Source of the DNA: Cyanobacteria bacterium PR.3.49
Lineage (GTDB): Bacteria; Cyanobacteriota; Vampirovibrionia; Obscuribacterales; Obscuribacteraceae
DNA: 64,000 nt
NCBI GenBank assembly: GCA_013997645.1
Contig: PNKB01000003.1
Coordinates: forward strand, 2,560 to 66,559
Reading direction: 5' to 3'
Part shown: piece by piece, positions 19,485-27,989 of the stretch
Layout: the number at the start of each line of letters is the position of its first letter
Position numbering within the stretch: position 1 is the first letter of the stretch
Program-made: the position numbers and the translations under genes
The notes under the pieces: generated by a model
Told to the model about the DNA's origin: nothing
What the model saw: the letters and a program-made list of their open reading frames with translations, nothing else
Databases searched by the model: none

Positions 19485-20525
19485 GTGCCCAAGCGTAAAT
19501 CCGACGGTGATGAAAAACCGAAGAAGCCCAAAACAAAGAAAGAAGTCACGGATAAATCTGATATCTCAAAAACTTCAAAGGCTCATTCGGAAAAAGGCTG
19601 TGACCGCGATCAACTTGATGCGCAAAAACTTACTGCCACAAACATTCCGGAAGAAGATGAAGAAGAGCCGGATTCACGCATATTCAAAATGCTTCAAGGG
19701 CAGCGCTTGTCACCGGAAGAAGTCCGTGAGTCTGCCGTTCGCGCACGGAAGCTCTTGATCGAATCCTGGAACAGCCGCGATGAATTGTATCGTGAGTTGT
19801 TTGGTGAGCCGGCATACGTCACACCCGGTCCATATGCACCACCAACGGTGCTCAAAGAGGAAGATGTAATTCTTCCTGAGGATCAAAAAGAACGGGGTGA
19901 GACAGGTGATCCCGGAGACCCTGAGCTAGACGAGCAGCATCTCAATGTTCTTGTTTATGCGCCCGATCCCACCAGACCTTATTGGACATATGTCACCGCC
20001 GGGTTGAGCAGTCCCTGGTTGCAAGATGCTCCGGCCGAAGTCACCGGCTTCGGTTGCGAAATCATGATCAAGTCTAAGGAAGACATGCCCTGGGCTGCGC
20101 AAATTCTGCGCACCATGGCGTTTTACATCCTCAATCATGCCGGCACTCTGTCACCCGGCGTGAGGATTGATTTAAACGGACCGATTATTCCGAATTCCGA
20201 TTCCAAACTCACGAATATCTTCATCTGGTATCCGGATGATGCTCCTGATTGCTGGTATTACTTGCCGTCGGGCGGCTTTGGATTGTTCATCGCGATTGGT
20301 ATCACGCCCGATGAGAGGCAATTCGCCGAGTCTATCGAAGAATACGGCACATGGTGCATTCAACAAGTGCTTCGTCAGATGGGGCACGATCAAATTACCG
20401 ATCCTTATCGCTCGAGCGTGATGGATCAGGAAGGCATTGGTCTGGCGCTTTTGAGAACGAAGTCATTCGCGGATAACTTCAGAGAAAACGTCGCATACGG
20501 AAGCGGCGAGTCTTTCGAGAGCTGA
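19485..20525 (+). CDS. SUFU-like (suppressor-of-fused family) domain protein with Lys/Glu-rich N-terminal tail
   Basis: C-terminal ~200 aa: YWTYVTAGLS..., GFGCEIMIKSKEDMPWAAQILRTMAFYILNH...PGVRIDLNGPI, GLFIAIGITPDERQFA. This resembles bacterial SUFU/Imm-SUFU domains by eye. The GTG start comes immediately after the lepA TAA. Confidence 0.6.
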   Translation: MPKRKSDGDEKPKKPKTKKEVTDKSDISKTSKAHSEKGCDRDQLDAQKLTATNIPEEDEEEPDSRIFKMLQGQRLSPEEVRESAVRARKLLIESWNSRDELYRELFGEPAYVTPGPYAPPTVLKEEDVILPEDQKERGETGDPGDPELDEQHLNVLVYAPDPTRPYWTYVTAGLSSPWLQDAPAEVTGFGCEIMIKSKEDMPWAAQILRTMAFYILNHAGTLSPGVRIDLNGPIIPNSDSKLTNIFIWYPDDAPDCWYYLPSGGFGLFIAIGITPDERQFAESIEEYGTWCIQQVLRQMGHDQITDPYRSSVMDQEGIGLALLRTKSFADNFRENVAYGSGESFES

Positions 20526-20591
20526 AAGCCCTGACGCATACCCGCCGCTCTTTCGATTGTGATGCTTCGCGTACTTTCGGTGACTGCGCAG

Positions 20592-21689
20592 CTATTTCAT
20601 AATATTGCTCAGTGCTTCTGAAGCGCCTTTGAGCATAATGGAATCCAGGTTATTGTCGGCGCGCACAGTGCCGGCTGTATTGACACCACTTACGTAAGTT
20701 GCGTCTGCCCCCTGTGGACCGAGGGAACCATTGGTGGCGCCTTGGAGCGTCGGCGCCATGCTGTCCGCGGCAACTATAGTTGCCGCTCCGACCGATGCCA
20801 GTTCTTCAGCTCCTTTTTTCCATGCATCCTTATCTGTTGATTTGACGGAGTAGGTGGCTCCTCCTGCAGTGATAAGAGTTGTACGAGTTCCATCGGCTCT
20901 GACAATCTCGGAGTGATACGAGAGTGGTTCGAAGTTACCGTTTGTGAGTTGCGCGATTTTTTTGAAAACTTTGATGCCGCCCTCTTCCTCGGTTGTTTCC
21001 AATCCCTCGCATCCAATCGTATTTATATGAATGCCTTTGGCAATCGCTTTTTTAGATTCAGCTCTCCAATCATAAGTTCTGCCCGCCAGGTGAGGAGGGG
21101 CGTCTCCTATGAGGAAAAGGAGTTTTGCAGTCTTCTCCTTTTCGTTCCATTGCAGGTCGTTGACCGCCGAATGCAATCCGCAATCCACAGCCTCAGGTCC
21201 ATCACCCCCTCCTTCGGCGCTGAGCTGCGAAATGTCCTTAACGACCTGGTCTATATTTTCGGAAAATGGAAACACCTTCGTGACGTAGTCATCGCCTTTG
21301 TCTCGGTAGGCGACCAAACCGACGCGAACAATCGGTTTTTCTTTGCTGGAGCTAAGTTTGCTCACCATCGATTTCACTTTGGCTTTGACGGTGTCGATTT
21401 CACCTTGCATTGAAGATGTTGTATCAATGCAGAATGCAACGTCCAGCCGTGCTCTCTTTCCGTCTTTTGCTTTTGTTGCCGGACCGAGCAATTTGGAATA
21501 GGTGTCTTTAGGGTCTGCGGTAACGACGTTCACGTCCGTGTCAGTCACCATCGCTACTGCGGACGTCGTAGAGGGCGCAGAAGTTGATGCCGTAGTTGAT
21601 GCAGTCATGCCCTGCGAATACAGATGCGAGATGAGCCCGTGAACGACGAACGCTGTGCCTACGGTCAGCAGTAAGGTTTTGGCGCGCAT
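20592..21689 (-). CDS. secreted von Willebrand factor A (vWA) domain protein
   Basis: MIDAS motif DVAFCIDTTSSM, then VGLVAYRD and LLFLIGDAPPH. The ATG at 21689 has GGAGG 8 nt upstream and gives the signal peptide MRAKTLLLTVGTAFVVHG. Confidence 0.8.
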   Translation of the reverse strand: MRAKTLLLTVGTAFVVHGLISHLYSQGMTASTTASTSAPSTTSAVAMVTDTDVNVVTADPKDTYSKLLGPATKAKDGKRARLDVAFCIDTTSSMQGEIDTVKAKVKSMVSKLSSSKEKPIVRVGLVAYRDKGDDYVTKVFPFSENIDQVVKDISQLSAEGGGDGPEAVDCGLHSAVNDLQWNEKEKTAKLLFLIGDAPPHLAGRTYDWRAESKKAIAKGIHINTIGCEGLETTEEEGGIKVFKKIAQLTNGNFEPLSYHSEIVRADGTRTTLITAGGATYSVKSTDKDAWKKGAEELASVGAATIVAADSMAPTLQGATNGSLGPQGADATYVSGVNTAGTVRADNNLDSIMLKGASEALSNIMK

Positions 21690-21878
21690 AGTAAATTCCT
21701 CCAATGGATTGGATTTGGGGCGCAGCATGAAACTTCAGCGCGTGGCACGCTGAGCAGCGCAATGCCCCACCAGGTCAGTTTGTTTGTTAGTAAGTTGATT
21801 CCAAAGTCGGAAGAAAGCTCCGACATTGCCAGTCTAGCTAGCGCCGCAATCTAAGTACACAGGGTTTTCCCTGACGAA

Positions 21879-22121
21879 TCATTCGAGCTCTGTTCCGCCA
21901 TCGGTCGGATGGTTCGTATCTTCAACTCTTTGCGCCCACTTACCCATTAGCTCGCGAGCAACTTCGACCATGTCAGGATCGAATTCATTTATGTAATCTC
22001 GATAGTGGTCGAATTTGGGATCAGTCTTCAAAGTTTCTGCTATTTCAGCATAAGACTTGCCACTCGCGAGCAGCTCGTTTAGCGCATCTTGGAACTCTTG
22101 AAGTTTGAGCGTGTCAGGCAT
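21879..22121 (-). CDS. small acidic protein, candidate MNIO partner subunit
   Basis: 80 aa. Its start overlaps the MNIO stop by 8 nt, indicating translational coupling. No domain recognised. Confidence 0.5.
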   Translation of the reverse strand: MPDTLKLQEFQDALNELLASGKSYAEIAETLKTDPKFDHYRDYINEFDPDMVEVARELMGKWAQRVEDTNHPTDGGTELE

Positions 22122-22995
22122 AACATAACTCCAGAATCTGCTCCATTGATTCGAAATCGTCGCGAAATTCGCTTTGAGCTTCGAGGGAAAACATTGTATT
22201 GCCGAGGCGTTCTAAAATAACAAATTCGATGTTGGGACAAAGTTTGAGCGCCAATGCCGCCAGGTTGAAAACTTCTTGCGGCACTCCATCATCGTGCGTG
22301 TCGCGACGCACCGCCGCTCTTTTGCCGGACACAGACGGGCTCCACGAGCCACCAGAGATATGGATTTCTCGAACTTTCTCGAGAGGGTAAGAGTTCAACA
22401 ACTCAAGTTCAGAAACTCCAAAGTTGGCGATCTGGCAGTAGGTGTTGTGCAAATCCAGAAGTAGGAAACCATCAACAGAAGAAATCAATTCGTCAATAAA
22501 TTGACCTTGTCGTTTTACGTCATTCACGCTGAAGGCGAAAGCTAGATTCTCTAGTCCCACAGGACATCCTGTGGCATCGGCATAACGCTTCAACATCTCT
22601 TTGCCGGTGGTTAGTGAAGCATCATCCATTGGTACTGAAAGTGGTGCACCATGCTTGATAGGCCCTGCTTCCGAAAAACCAAAATGCTCAGATGCATGAA
22701 CGTAATTTCGAGTTTTGAACTCTTCCTTTGCTAGTTTCAGCCATTCCTGCTGACGTTTGGAAAACCTTGCTGAAAGCGGCGATAGATTGACTCCGTGACC
22801 AGTAAGCGCCTTCGCCGAACTGTATTTGTCCAGTAATTCTTGAGCCCACTGATCTACAACTACACCGTTCCAGGTGAAATCAAAACTCCACTCAAGTGAC
22901 TTGACTCTTTCCTCTGCGAACAAGCGCTCAGTCGCCATCTGAAAATCTTCAGTCGGCATGAGTGAAAGTCCAAGCTTAGGTTTTTTTATTCGCAC
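22114..22995 (-). CDS. DUF692-family multinuclear non-heme iron oxidase (MNIO; MbnB/TglH/ChrH-like)
   Basis: The order of conserved blocks matches DUF692: GHGVNLS, ASEHF, VGLENL, LLLDLHNTYCQIANFG, EIHISGG, RRDTHDDGVP, FVILER. The GTG start lies 3 nt after the upstream stop. Confidence 0.8.
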   Translation of the reverse strand: MRIKKPKLGLSLMPTEDFQMATERLFAEERVKSLEWSFDFTWNGVVVDQWAQELLDKYSSAKALTGHGVNLSPLSARFSKRQQEWLKLAKEEFKTRNYVHASEHFGFSEAGPIKHGAPLSVPMDDASLTTGKEMLKRYADATGCPVGLENLAFAFSVNDVKRQGQFIDELISSVDGFLLLDLHNTYCQIANFGVSELELLNSYPLEKVREIHISGGSWSPSVSGKRAAVRRDTHDDGVPQEVFNLAALALKLCPNIEFVILERLGNTMFSLEAQSEFRDDFESMEQILELCYA

Positions 22996-22998
22996 AAA

Positions 22999-23919
22999 CT
23001 AACCCATGCCGCAAGCTGGGCAGGGAGCCGGCTGCGGAAACAGTTTGTCGCGGTCGGTGGTGTTCATGAGTTTGCTCAGCTGCTGAGTTTGAAACTCTTC
23101 TTGTTTCGTTTGACCAAGACTGCGGTACCAGAGAATCAATTTTCTGTGTGCTTCAATGCGCCAGGGCACTGTTTCCGGCAGGCGATCGTATTGCCTGATC
23201 GCACGCAACTGGTAGCCTTCGGCAGATTTGAACTCTCTTTCTTTGACTGTGTTCGGTTTGTCCGGGGAATTGTCCGGTACTACGTGAAACACCGGACTTT
23301 GGAAGCGAAAGCGCATGACCGGCATAGGAAACGTTTGTATCTCGGCGAGTTTCACCAGGTTTGCGGCAACATTTGTGATGTCTTCGTTGGTCAGTTTTTC
23401 GTTTTTCTCGAGCGAGGCAAGATGTTCATCAGCCGCTTTGATGCGGGCTTGTTTCTTGTCTGACTTTCCAATCACGTTATAGAAGTTGATGGTGCCAATC
23501 AAATAATTGATGCGCTCTTTCGACGCGGCCGGCAGCTCATTTGCAAGTTGCAAGCCGTCCAGCATCACTTTTTCTGCTTTTTCTTTCTGCGAGTTCTTGT
23601 TTGACGCCAGCATCATTGCCCAGTCCAGCATCAATCTGGGGACTTCAGCCTTTCTGTCCGGTTTCGATTTGAGATTTAAGAGCGCTTTGTTATAGATGAT
23701 CTCTGCGTCCTTCTCTCGGTCGTTCGACAAATAAACATTCGCCAGGTACATCAGTTGGTTCACGTACGAGGGATTGTTGGTACCGGCTCGTTGCTCAAAC
23801 ATCTTTACGCTGGCTTCGGCAGTTTCCACCGCTGCCTTATCTGCATATGCAGGCGCTGCGCCGGCGGCTATACCGAAAGCGAATAGCGAACTTAGGACTT
23901 TTGCAGGTTTGTTTTTCAT
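22999..23919 (-). CDS. exported TPR-like protein with C-terminal CPACGMG motif (candidate MNIO substrate)
   Basis: The ATG at 23919 (GGGGGAG 6 nt upstream) gives the signal peptide MKNKPAKVLSSLFAFGIAAGAAPAYA. The body consists of helical repeats. The last residues are ...LFPQPAPCPACGMG followed by TAG (motif encoded at 23002-23022). Confidence 0.7.
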   Translation of the reverse strand: MKNKPAKVLSSLFAFGIAAGAAPAYADKAAVETAEASVKMFEQRAGTNNPSYVNQLMYLANVYLSNDREKDAEIIYNKALLNLKSKPDRKAEVPRLMLDWAMMLASNKNSQKEKAEKVMLDGLQLANELPAASKERINYLIGTINFYNVIGKSDKKQARIKAADEHLASLEKNEKLTNEDITNVAANLVKLAEIQTFPMPVMRFRFQSPVFHVVPDNSPDKPNTVKEREFKSAEGYQLRAIRQYDRLPETVPWRIEAHRKLILWYRSLGQTKQEEFQTQQLSKLMNTTDRDKLFPQPAPCPACGMG

Positions 23920-23997
23920 GAGTGTCTCCCCCACTTCAATTTTCACTCGTGCGCGAAAATAAACACTGGGGTTAACCCGTAAGATAGGCGTTTTTGC

Positions 23998-25065
23998 TTA
24001 TCGTTTTGTTGCGGTGGTGAGCTTTTCTGCGTTTGAGTTTTTTGTTTCTGCAGGTTTCGCTGTCGCAGTTTTATCGGGTTTTGTCCAATAATGATCGCGG
24101 CAGGTCGAATAGTATTCGATGGTTTTTCTGATGCCGTCTTCCAATTCGGTGGTCGGGCGCCAGCCGGTGTAGCGCTCGATTTTGGAGATATCCGAGTAGA
24201 AATCGCCGGGCTCTTGAGCTTTTCTTTCTGCGGAAAATTCGGCGAATTCCCAGCGTCCGGATTTTGCCACCTTAACAATGGTGTCGCAAAGTTCGCGGAA
24301 AGTTATCGGTTTGTCTGAGCCGACATTGAAGATTTCGCCGTAGCATTCGGGTGTGGTAGCAACGCGTAAGATGGCGTCGATGCAATCGTCGACATAGACG
24401 AAGTCGCGTAAAATGCTGCCGTCGCCGAACAGTTGGATGGTTTCATCATCCATTGCCAGACGGATAAACCAGTTGAACACGCCAAAGCGCGAGTGCATCA
24501 TTTGCGAGCGCGGACCGTAGAGGTTGCTCAAGCGCAGATTGACTGAGCGGATGCCGTGCACATCGTTATAGACCTTGATGATTTTTTCAGCGGTCAAGTT
24601 GGAAATTTCGTAGATGCCCTTCGGATTGGTCGGCGCTTCTTCATTTACAGGGAATGAAACTGCCGGTCCGTACTGCCCACGGGTGCCTGCGTTTACCAAA
24701 ATCGCCTTCGGATTATGTTTGCGCAACGCCTCCATAACGATGGCGGTGCCGGTGATATTCATCTCAATATCGGGAAATGGATTTGAGAGGCTCATCAGGT
24801 GGCAAACTTGACCGGCAAGGTGGAAAACATAGTCCTGGTCGCGCACAAGCCAATTGACGGCTTGCTGGTCGCGGATATCGCAGAAATTGATGCGGATCTT
24901 GTCGGACTCCGTTACGTTATATACGTTGCCGCCGTAATCCGGAATCATCGCGTCGAGGATGGTCACTTTGGCACCCAGCTCAGCCAGCTTGATAGCCAGA
25001 TTGGAACCGATGAAGCCCATGCCACCGGTTATGAGAGCTGTCTTACCTTTAAATTGTTCGAGCAT
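23998..25065 (-). CDS. NAD-dependent epimerase/dehydratase (extended SDR, nucleotide-sugar enzyme)
   Basis: TGGMGFIGSNL Rossmann motif, RLSNLYGPR and RDFVYVDD blocks. The expected YxxxK site reads YEISN by my alignment. It has a Lys-rich C-terminal tail. ATG at 25065. Confidence 0.88.
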   Translation of the reverse strand: MLEQFKGKTALITGGMGFIGSNLAIKLAELGAKVTILDAMIPDYGGNVYNVTESDKIRINFCDIRDQQAVNWLVRDQDYVFHLAGQVCHLMSLSNPFPDIEMNITGTAIVMEALRKHNPKAILVNAGTRGQYGPAVSFPVNEEAPTNPKGIYEISNLTAEKIIKVYNDVHGIRSVNLRLSNLYGPRSQMMHSRFGVFNWFIRLAMDDETIQLFGDGSILRDFVYVDDCIDAILRVATTPECYGEIFNVGSDKPITFRELCDTIVKVAKSGRWEFAEFSAERKAQEPGDFYSDISKIERYTGWRPTTELEDGIRKTIEYYSTCRDHYWTKPDKTATAKPAETKNSNAEKLTTATKR

Positions 25066-25350
25066 GATGACCTTTGATTGATTCAACTTGTATGTTTTCG
25101 AACCCTAAATTTGCGCTAAGTATTCGCGAATCACAGGCTCTGCTTGAAACGTTGATTGCGTGCGCGTTTGGTCAAACGCCGGCACGTAAATCAGAGGCAC
25201 TGATTTTACCATGCAAGACGGTCACAATTGCCGGAAATGCCAGCGCCCTGTTGCTTCTGGAAAGATGTCAATTAAGTTGCCCTTAATCTGCTTCTTGACC
25301 ATTTCTTCTAGTATTGATGGACCCGTTTCTACAGTAAAAGGAGCTAATCG

Positions 25351-26499
25351 GTGAAAGTCCCATTCGGCGACATGAAGCTGCACTACCAGACCTATAAGAC
25401 GCAGATTGACACGGCTGTTCATCGCGTTCTTGAAAGCGGTCATTACATATTGGGCAGCGAACTGGAAAAATTTGAAGCCGATTTCGAGAAGTGGCTGGGC
25501 GCCGGATATGCGGCTGGTTGCGCTTCCGGAACCGAAGCCATCTACCTGGCACTGGCGGCTGCCGGTGTGACGACGGGCGACGAGGTTATTGTGGTGGCAC
25601 ATACCGCCGTGCCGACCATCTCGGCGATTTCCATGACTGGCGCTAAGCCGGTATTCGTGGATATCGACCCGAATACGTGCCTTATGGACGTTGACCTGGT
25701 TGAAGTGAAGATCACACCCAAGACCAAAGCTATCGTTCCTGTTCACCTGTACGGACAGATGGTGGACATGGATCCTTTGCTCAAGATTGCTGCGAAACAC
25801 AACCTCATGTTGCTGGAAGACTGCGCGCAATCCACCGGCGCGACCTACAAGGGCGCTGTTGCCGGAACCATGGGCGACTACGGTGCATTTAGTTTCTATC
25901 CGAGCAAGAACCTGGGCGCCTTCGGCGACGGCGGTGGTATCTCCACCAATAAGCGCGAAAATTTCGACCAGCTCGTAAAGCTGCGCAATTACGGTCAGTC
26001 CAAGCGCTACTACCACGACATCGTCGGCATCAACAGCCGTCTGGATGAGATGCAGGCTGCCATTCTTGGCGCTCAACTGCCTTTTGTTCATCAATGGAAT
26101 GAGCGCAGACGTGAAATCGCCAAACGCTACAACGAAGGCTTGAAGGGTATTGTTCAAACCCCTGTCGAAGAGGAAGGACGCAAACACGTCTATCACCTTT
26201 ATGTAATTCAGTCCGACCACCGCGACGAGCTTCAGGAATACCTGATCGAAAAGGGCGTCGGCACCTTGATTCATTATCCGAATCCTGCGCATCTGCAAAA
26301 GGCATACGGATTTCTGGGCTACAAGCCCGGCGCGCTTCCGCAAACCGAGAAGGTCGTAAAACGCATTCTCTCCCTGCCGATGCACCCAGGTGTGACCGAT
26401 GAGCAAGTCGATATTGTTATCGACGCAATCGGAAACTTTTATAGTGAACTTAAGTCCTCGAAGTCATCCTCAAAGATGACTGCCAGTTCGATTTCATAA
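25351..26499 (+). CDS. DegT/DnrJ/EryC1/StrS-family PLP-dependent sugar aminotransferase
   Basis: Blocks HYILGSELEKFE and GTEAIYLAL, with the PLP-lysine block FSFYPSKNLGAFGDGG. GTG start with AAAGGAG upstream. Confidence 0.92.
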   Translation: MKVPFGDMKLHYQTYKTQIDTAVHRVLESGHYILGSELEKFEADFEKWLGAGYAAGCASGTEAIYLALAAAGVTTGDEVIVVAHTAVPTISAISMTGAKPVFVDIDPNTCLMDVDLVEVKITPKTKAIVPVHLYGQMVDMDPLLKIAAKHNLMLLEDCAQSTGATYKGAVAGTMGDYGAFSFYPSKNLGAFGDGGGISTNKRENFDQLVKLRNYGQSKRYYHDIVGINSRLDEMQAAILGAQLPFVHQWNERRREIAKRYNEGLKGIVQTPVEEEGRKHVYHLYVIQSDHRDELQEYLIEKGVGTLIHYPNPAHLQKAYGFLGYKPGALPQTEKVVKRILSLPMHPGVTDEQVDIVIDAIGNFYSELKSSKSSSKMTASSIS

Positions 26500-26522
26500 G
26501 CTGAAAACGGAGCCAACATCAA

Positions 26523-27272
26523 ATGAGTGACATCAGCGTAATGCAGAACTCAAACACCGCCACACTGCCGAAACGGATGCAAACCATTCCGGGTTCGGTA
26601 TCACTTGTGATACCAGCCTACAACGATGAGACAACCATCGGCAAATTGATCACGGACGCTGATGCGCTTCTGAAAGAAGCCTGCAGTGACTATGAAATCA
26701 TCGTCGTCAACGACGGCAGCAAGGACAACACTTTGGCAGTCATTCAACAATGCGCCAAGTGGTTTCCCAGCGTGGTCGTGATCAATCACCCGGAAAACAA
26801 AGGCTTCGGATTCACGATTCGTGAACTGTACCTTGCCGGTTCGAAGGAGCTTGTCTTCTCACTGCCAGGCGACTACCAGTATGCGCCCAAGGAAATCTTC
26901 AAGATGGCCAAAGGGTTGAAGACCCACGACTTCGTCATCGGTCACCGCGTCAACCGCAACGACCCACCTCGCCGCAAATTCCAATCGCAGATCTACAACT
27001 TGATGCTGCGCGTCATTTATGGGCACAAGCACAAAGACGTCAACTCCATCAAATTATTCCGCAAGGAAATTGTCGATCGCGTCACCCTCTTGTCGCATAC
27101 GGCTTTCGTCGATGCCGAGCTTTGCATTCGTGCTGAAAGAGCCGGTTACAGAGTTATTGAAATTCCAATCGAACACCTGCCCAGACTTTCCGTTGGAGCT
27201 TCCGGCGGCAAACTGTCAGTGATTTGGGAAACATTCTCCGATCTGTTCGGCATGCGCAGAACATTCAAATAA
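26523..27272 (+). CDS. family 2 glycosyltransferase (polyprenyl-phosphate sugar transferase, DPM1/ArnC-like)
   Basis: VSLVIPAYNDE ... YEIIVVNDGSKDNT ... NKGFG, a typical GT2_2 N-terminus. Confidence 0.88.
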   Translation: MSDISVMQNSNTATLPKRMQTIPGSVSLVIPAYNDETTIGKLITDADALLKEACSDYEIIVVNDGSKDNTLAVIQQCAKWFPSVVVINHPENKGFGFTIRELYLAGSKELVFSLPGDYQYAPKEIFKMAKGLKTHDFVIGHRVNRNDPPRRKFQSQIYNLMLRVIYGHKHKDVNSIKLFRKEIVDRVTLLSHTAFVDAELCIRAERAGYRVIEIPIEHLPRLSVGASGGKLSVIWETFSDLFGMRRTFK

Positions 27273-27297
27273 TCGGAATCACAAGCTCGAAATTACA

Positions 27298-27327
27298 GGG
27301 GCGGCGCAAAGCGTCGCCCTTCTTTTC
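27298..27327 (+). terminator. rho-independent terminator between convergent genes
   Basis: GGGGCGGCGC-aaa-GCGTCGCCC (one G-U pair) followed by TTCTTTTC. Confidence 0.7.
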
Positions 27328-27358
27328 AGGCAAAGTAAGAAAACCAATGTTATCGGAT

Positions 27359-27814
27359 TTAGCGCACCGAGATATCGTACATGGGATTCACTACCGCCGT
27401 ACCACCGGCGCTGACGATATCTTCTGCGCGCGGAGGTGTGCCGCCTGCGGATCTCACCTCTGTTCCATTTCCGCCCGAAGCGCTGATTTTTGAAAACGGA
27501 TCATCGAAGACGATAGGCCATTCATAGTCTCTGTCTCTGTCTCTGTTCTTTCTTGTTTCTGAACGCGGTGTGGGTCTTTCTTCTTCCTCTTCTTCCGGCT
27601 CCTCAGGAGGTGGTTCTTCTCCATTTGGCACTTCGCCGTTAGGTTCTTCGCTGGAAGTCTCATTCCTGACGGTTCGGGAGCCACCACCAATTGGGTTGGA
27701 ATCTCGGCTGTTTGCTTCGTTGCTCAGATTTGAGCTTGCGTCATTAGCCCCAGCATTACCGCCGGAATCGCCCCGATCAGTCGCGCCGCCCTTGTCGCCT
27801 TCACCAGTAGCCAT
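27359..27814 (-). CDS. intrinsically disordered Gly/Asp/Glu/Asn-rich hypothetical protein
   Basis: 151 aa. ATG with AAGGAG 8 nt upstream. Low-complexity runs PEEPEEEEEE and RDRDRD. No domain recognised. Confidence 0.55.
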   Translation of the reverse strand: MATGEGDKGGATDRGDSGGNAGANDASSNLSNEANSRDSNPIGGGSRTVRNETSSEEPNGEVPNGEEPPPEEPEEEEEERPTPRSETRKNRDRDRDYEWPIVFDDPFSKISASGGNGTEVRSAGGTPPRAEDIVSAGGTAVVNPMYDISVR

Positions 27815-27989
27815 GCATTATTCTCCTTTTGAAACCTACAAAGTGTTTTCCGGTCTTGCCTTTGAGGGGCGGAAACACACGTGGTCAGAGGTTATTTCAA
27901 AGGAGCCGACAAAAACTGGAATGACTTGTGAATAATTTGGGTAAGGTCGGGCTGCTCGCTAGTGCAGACGGACTGTCTGAATTTGGTGT

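Noticed and set aside
25222-26406. 394-aa ORF on the minus strand
   Set aside because: It is entirely antisense to the DegT aminotransferase gene, which has clear family motifs. Its product is low-complexity with no motifs, so it is a typical shadow ORF.
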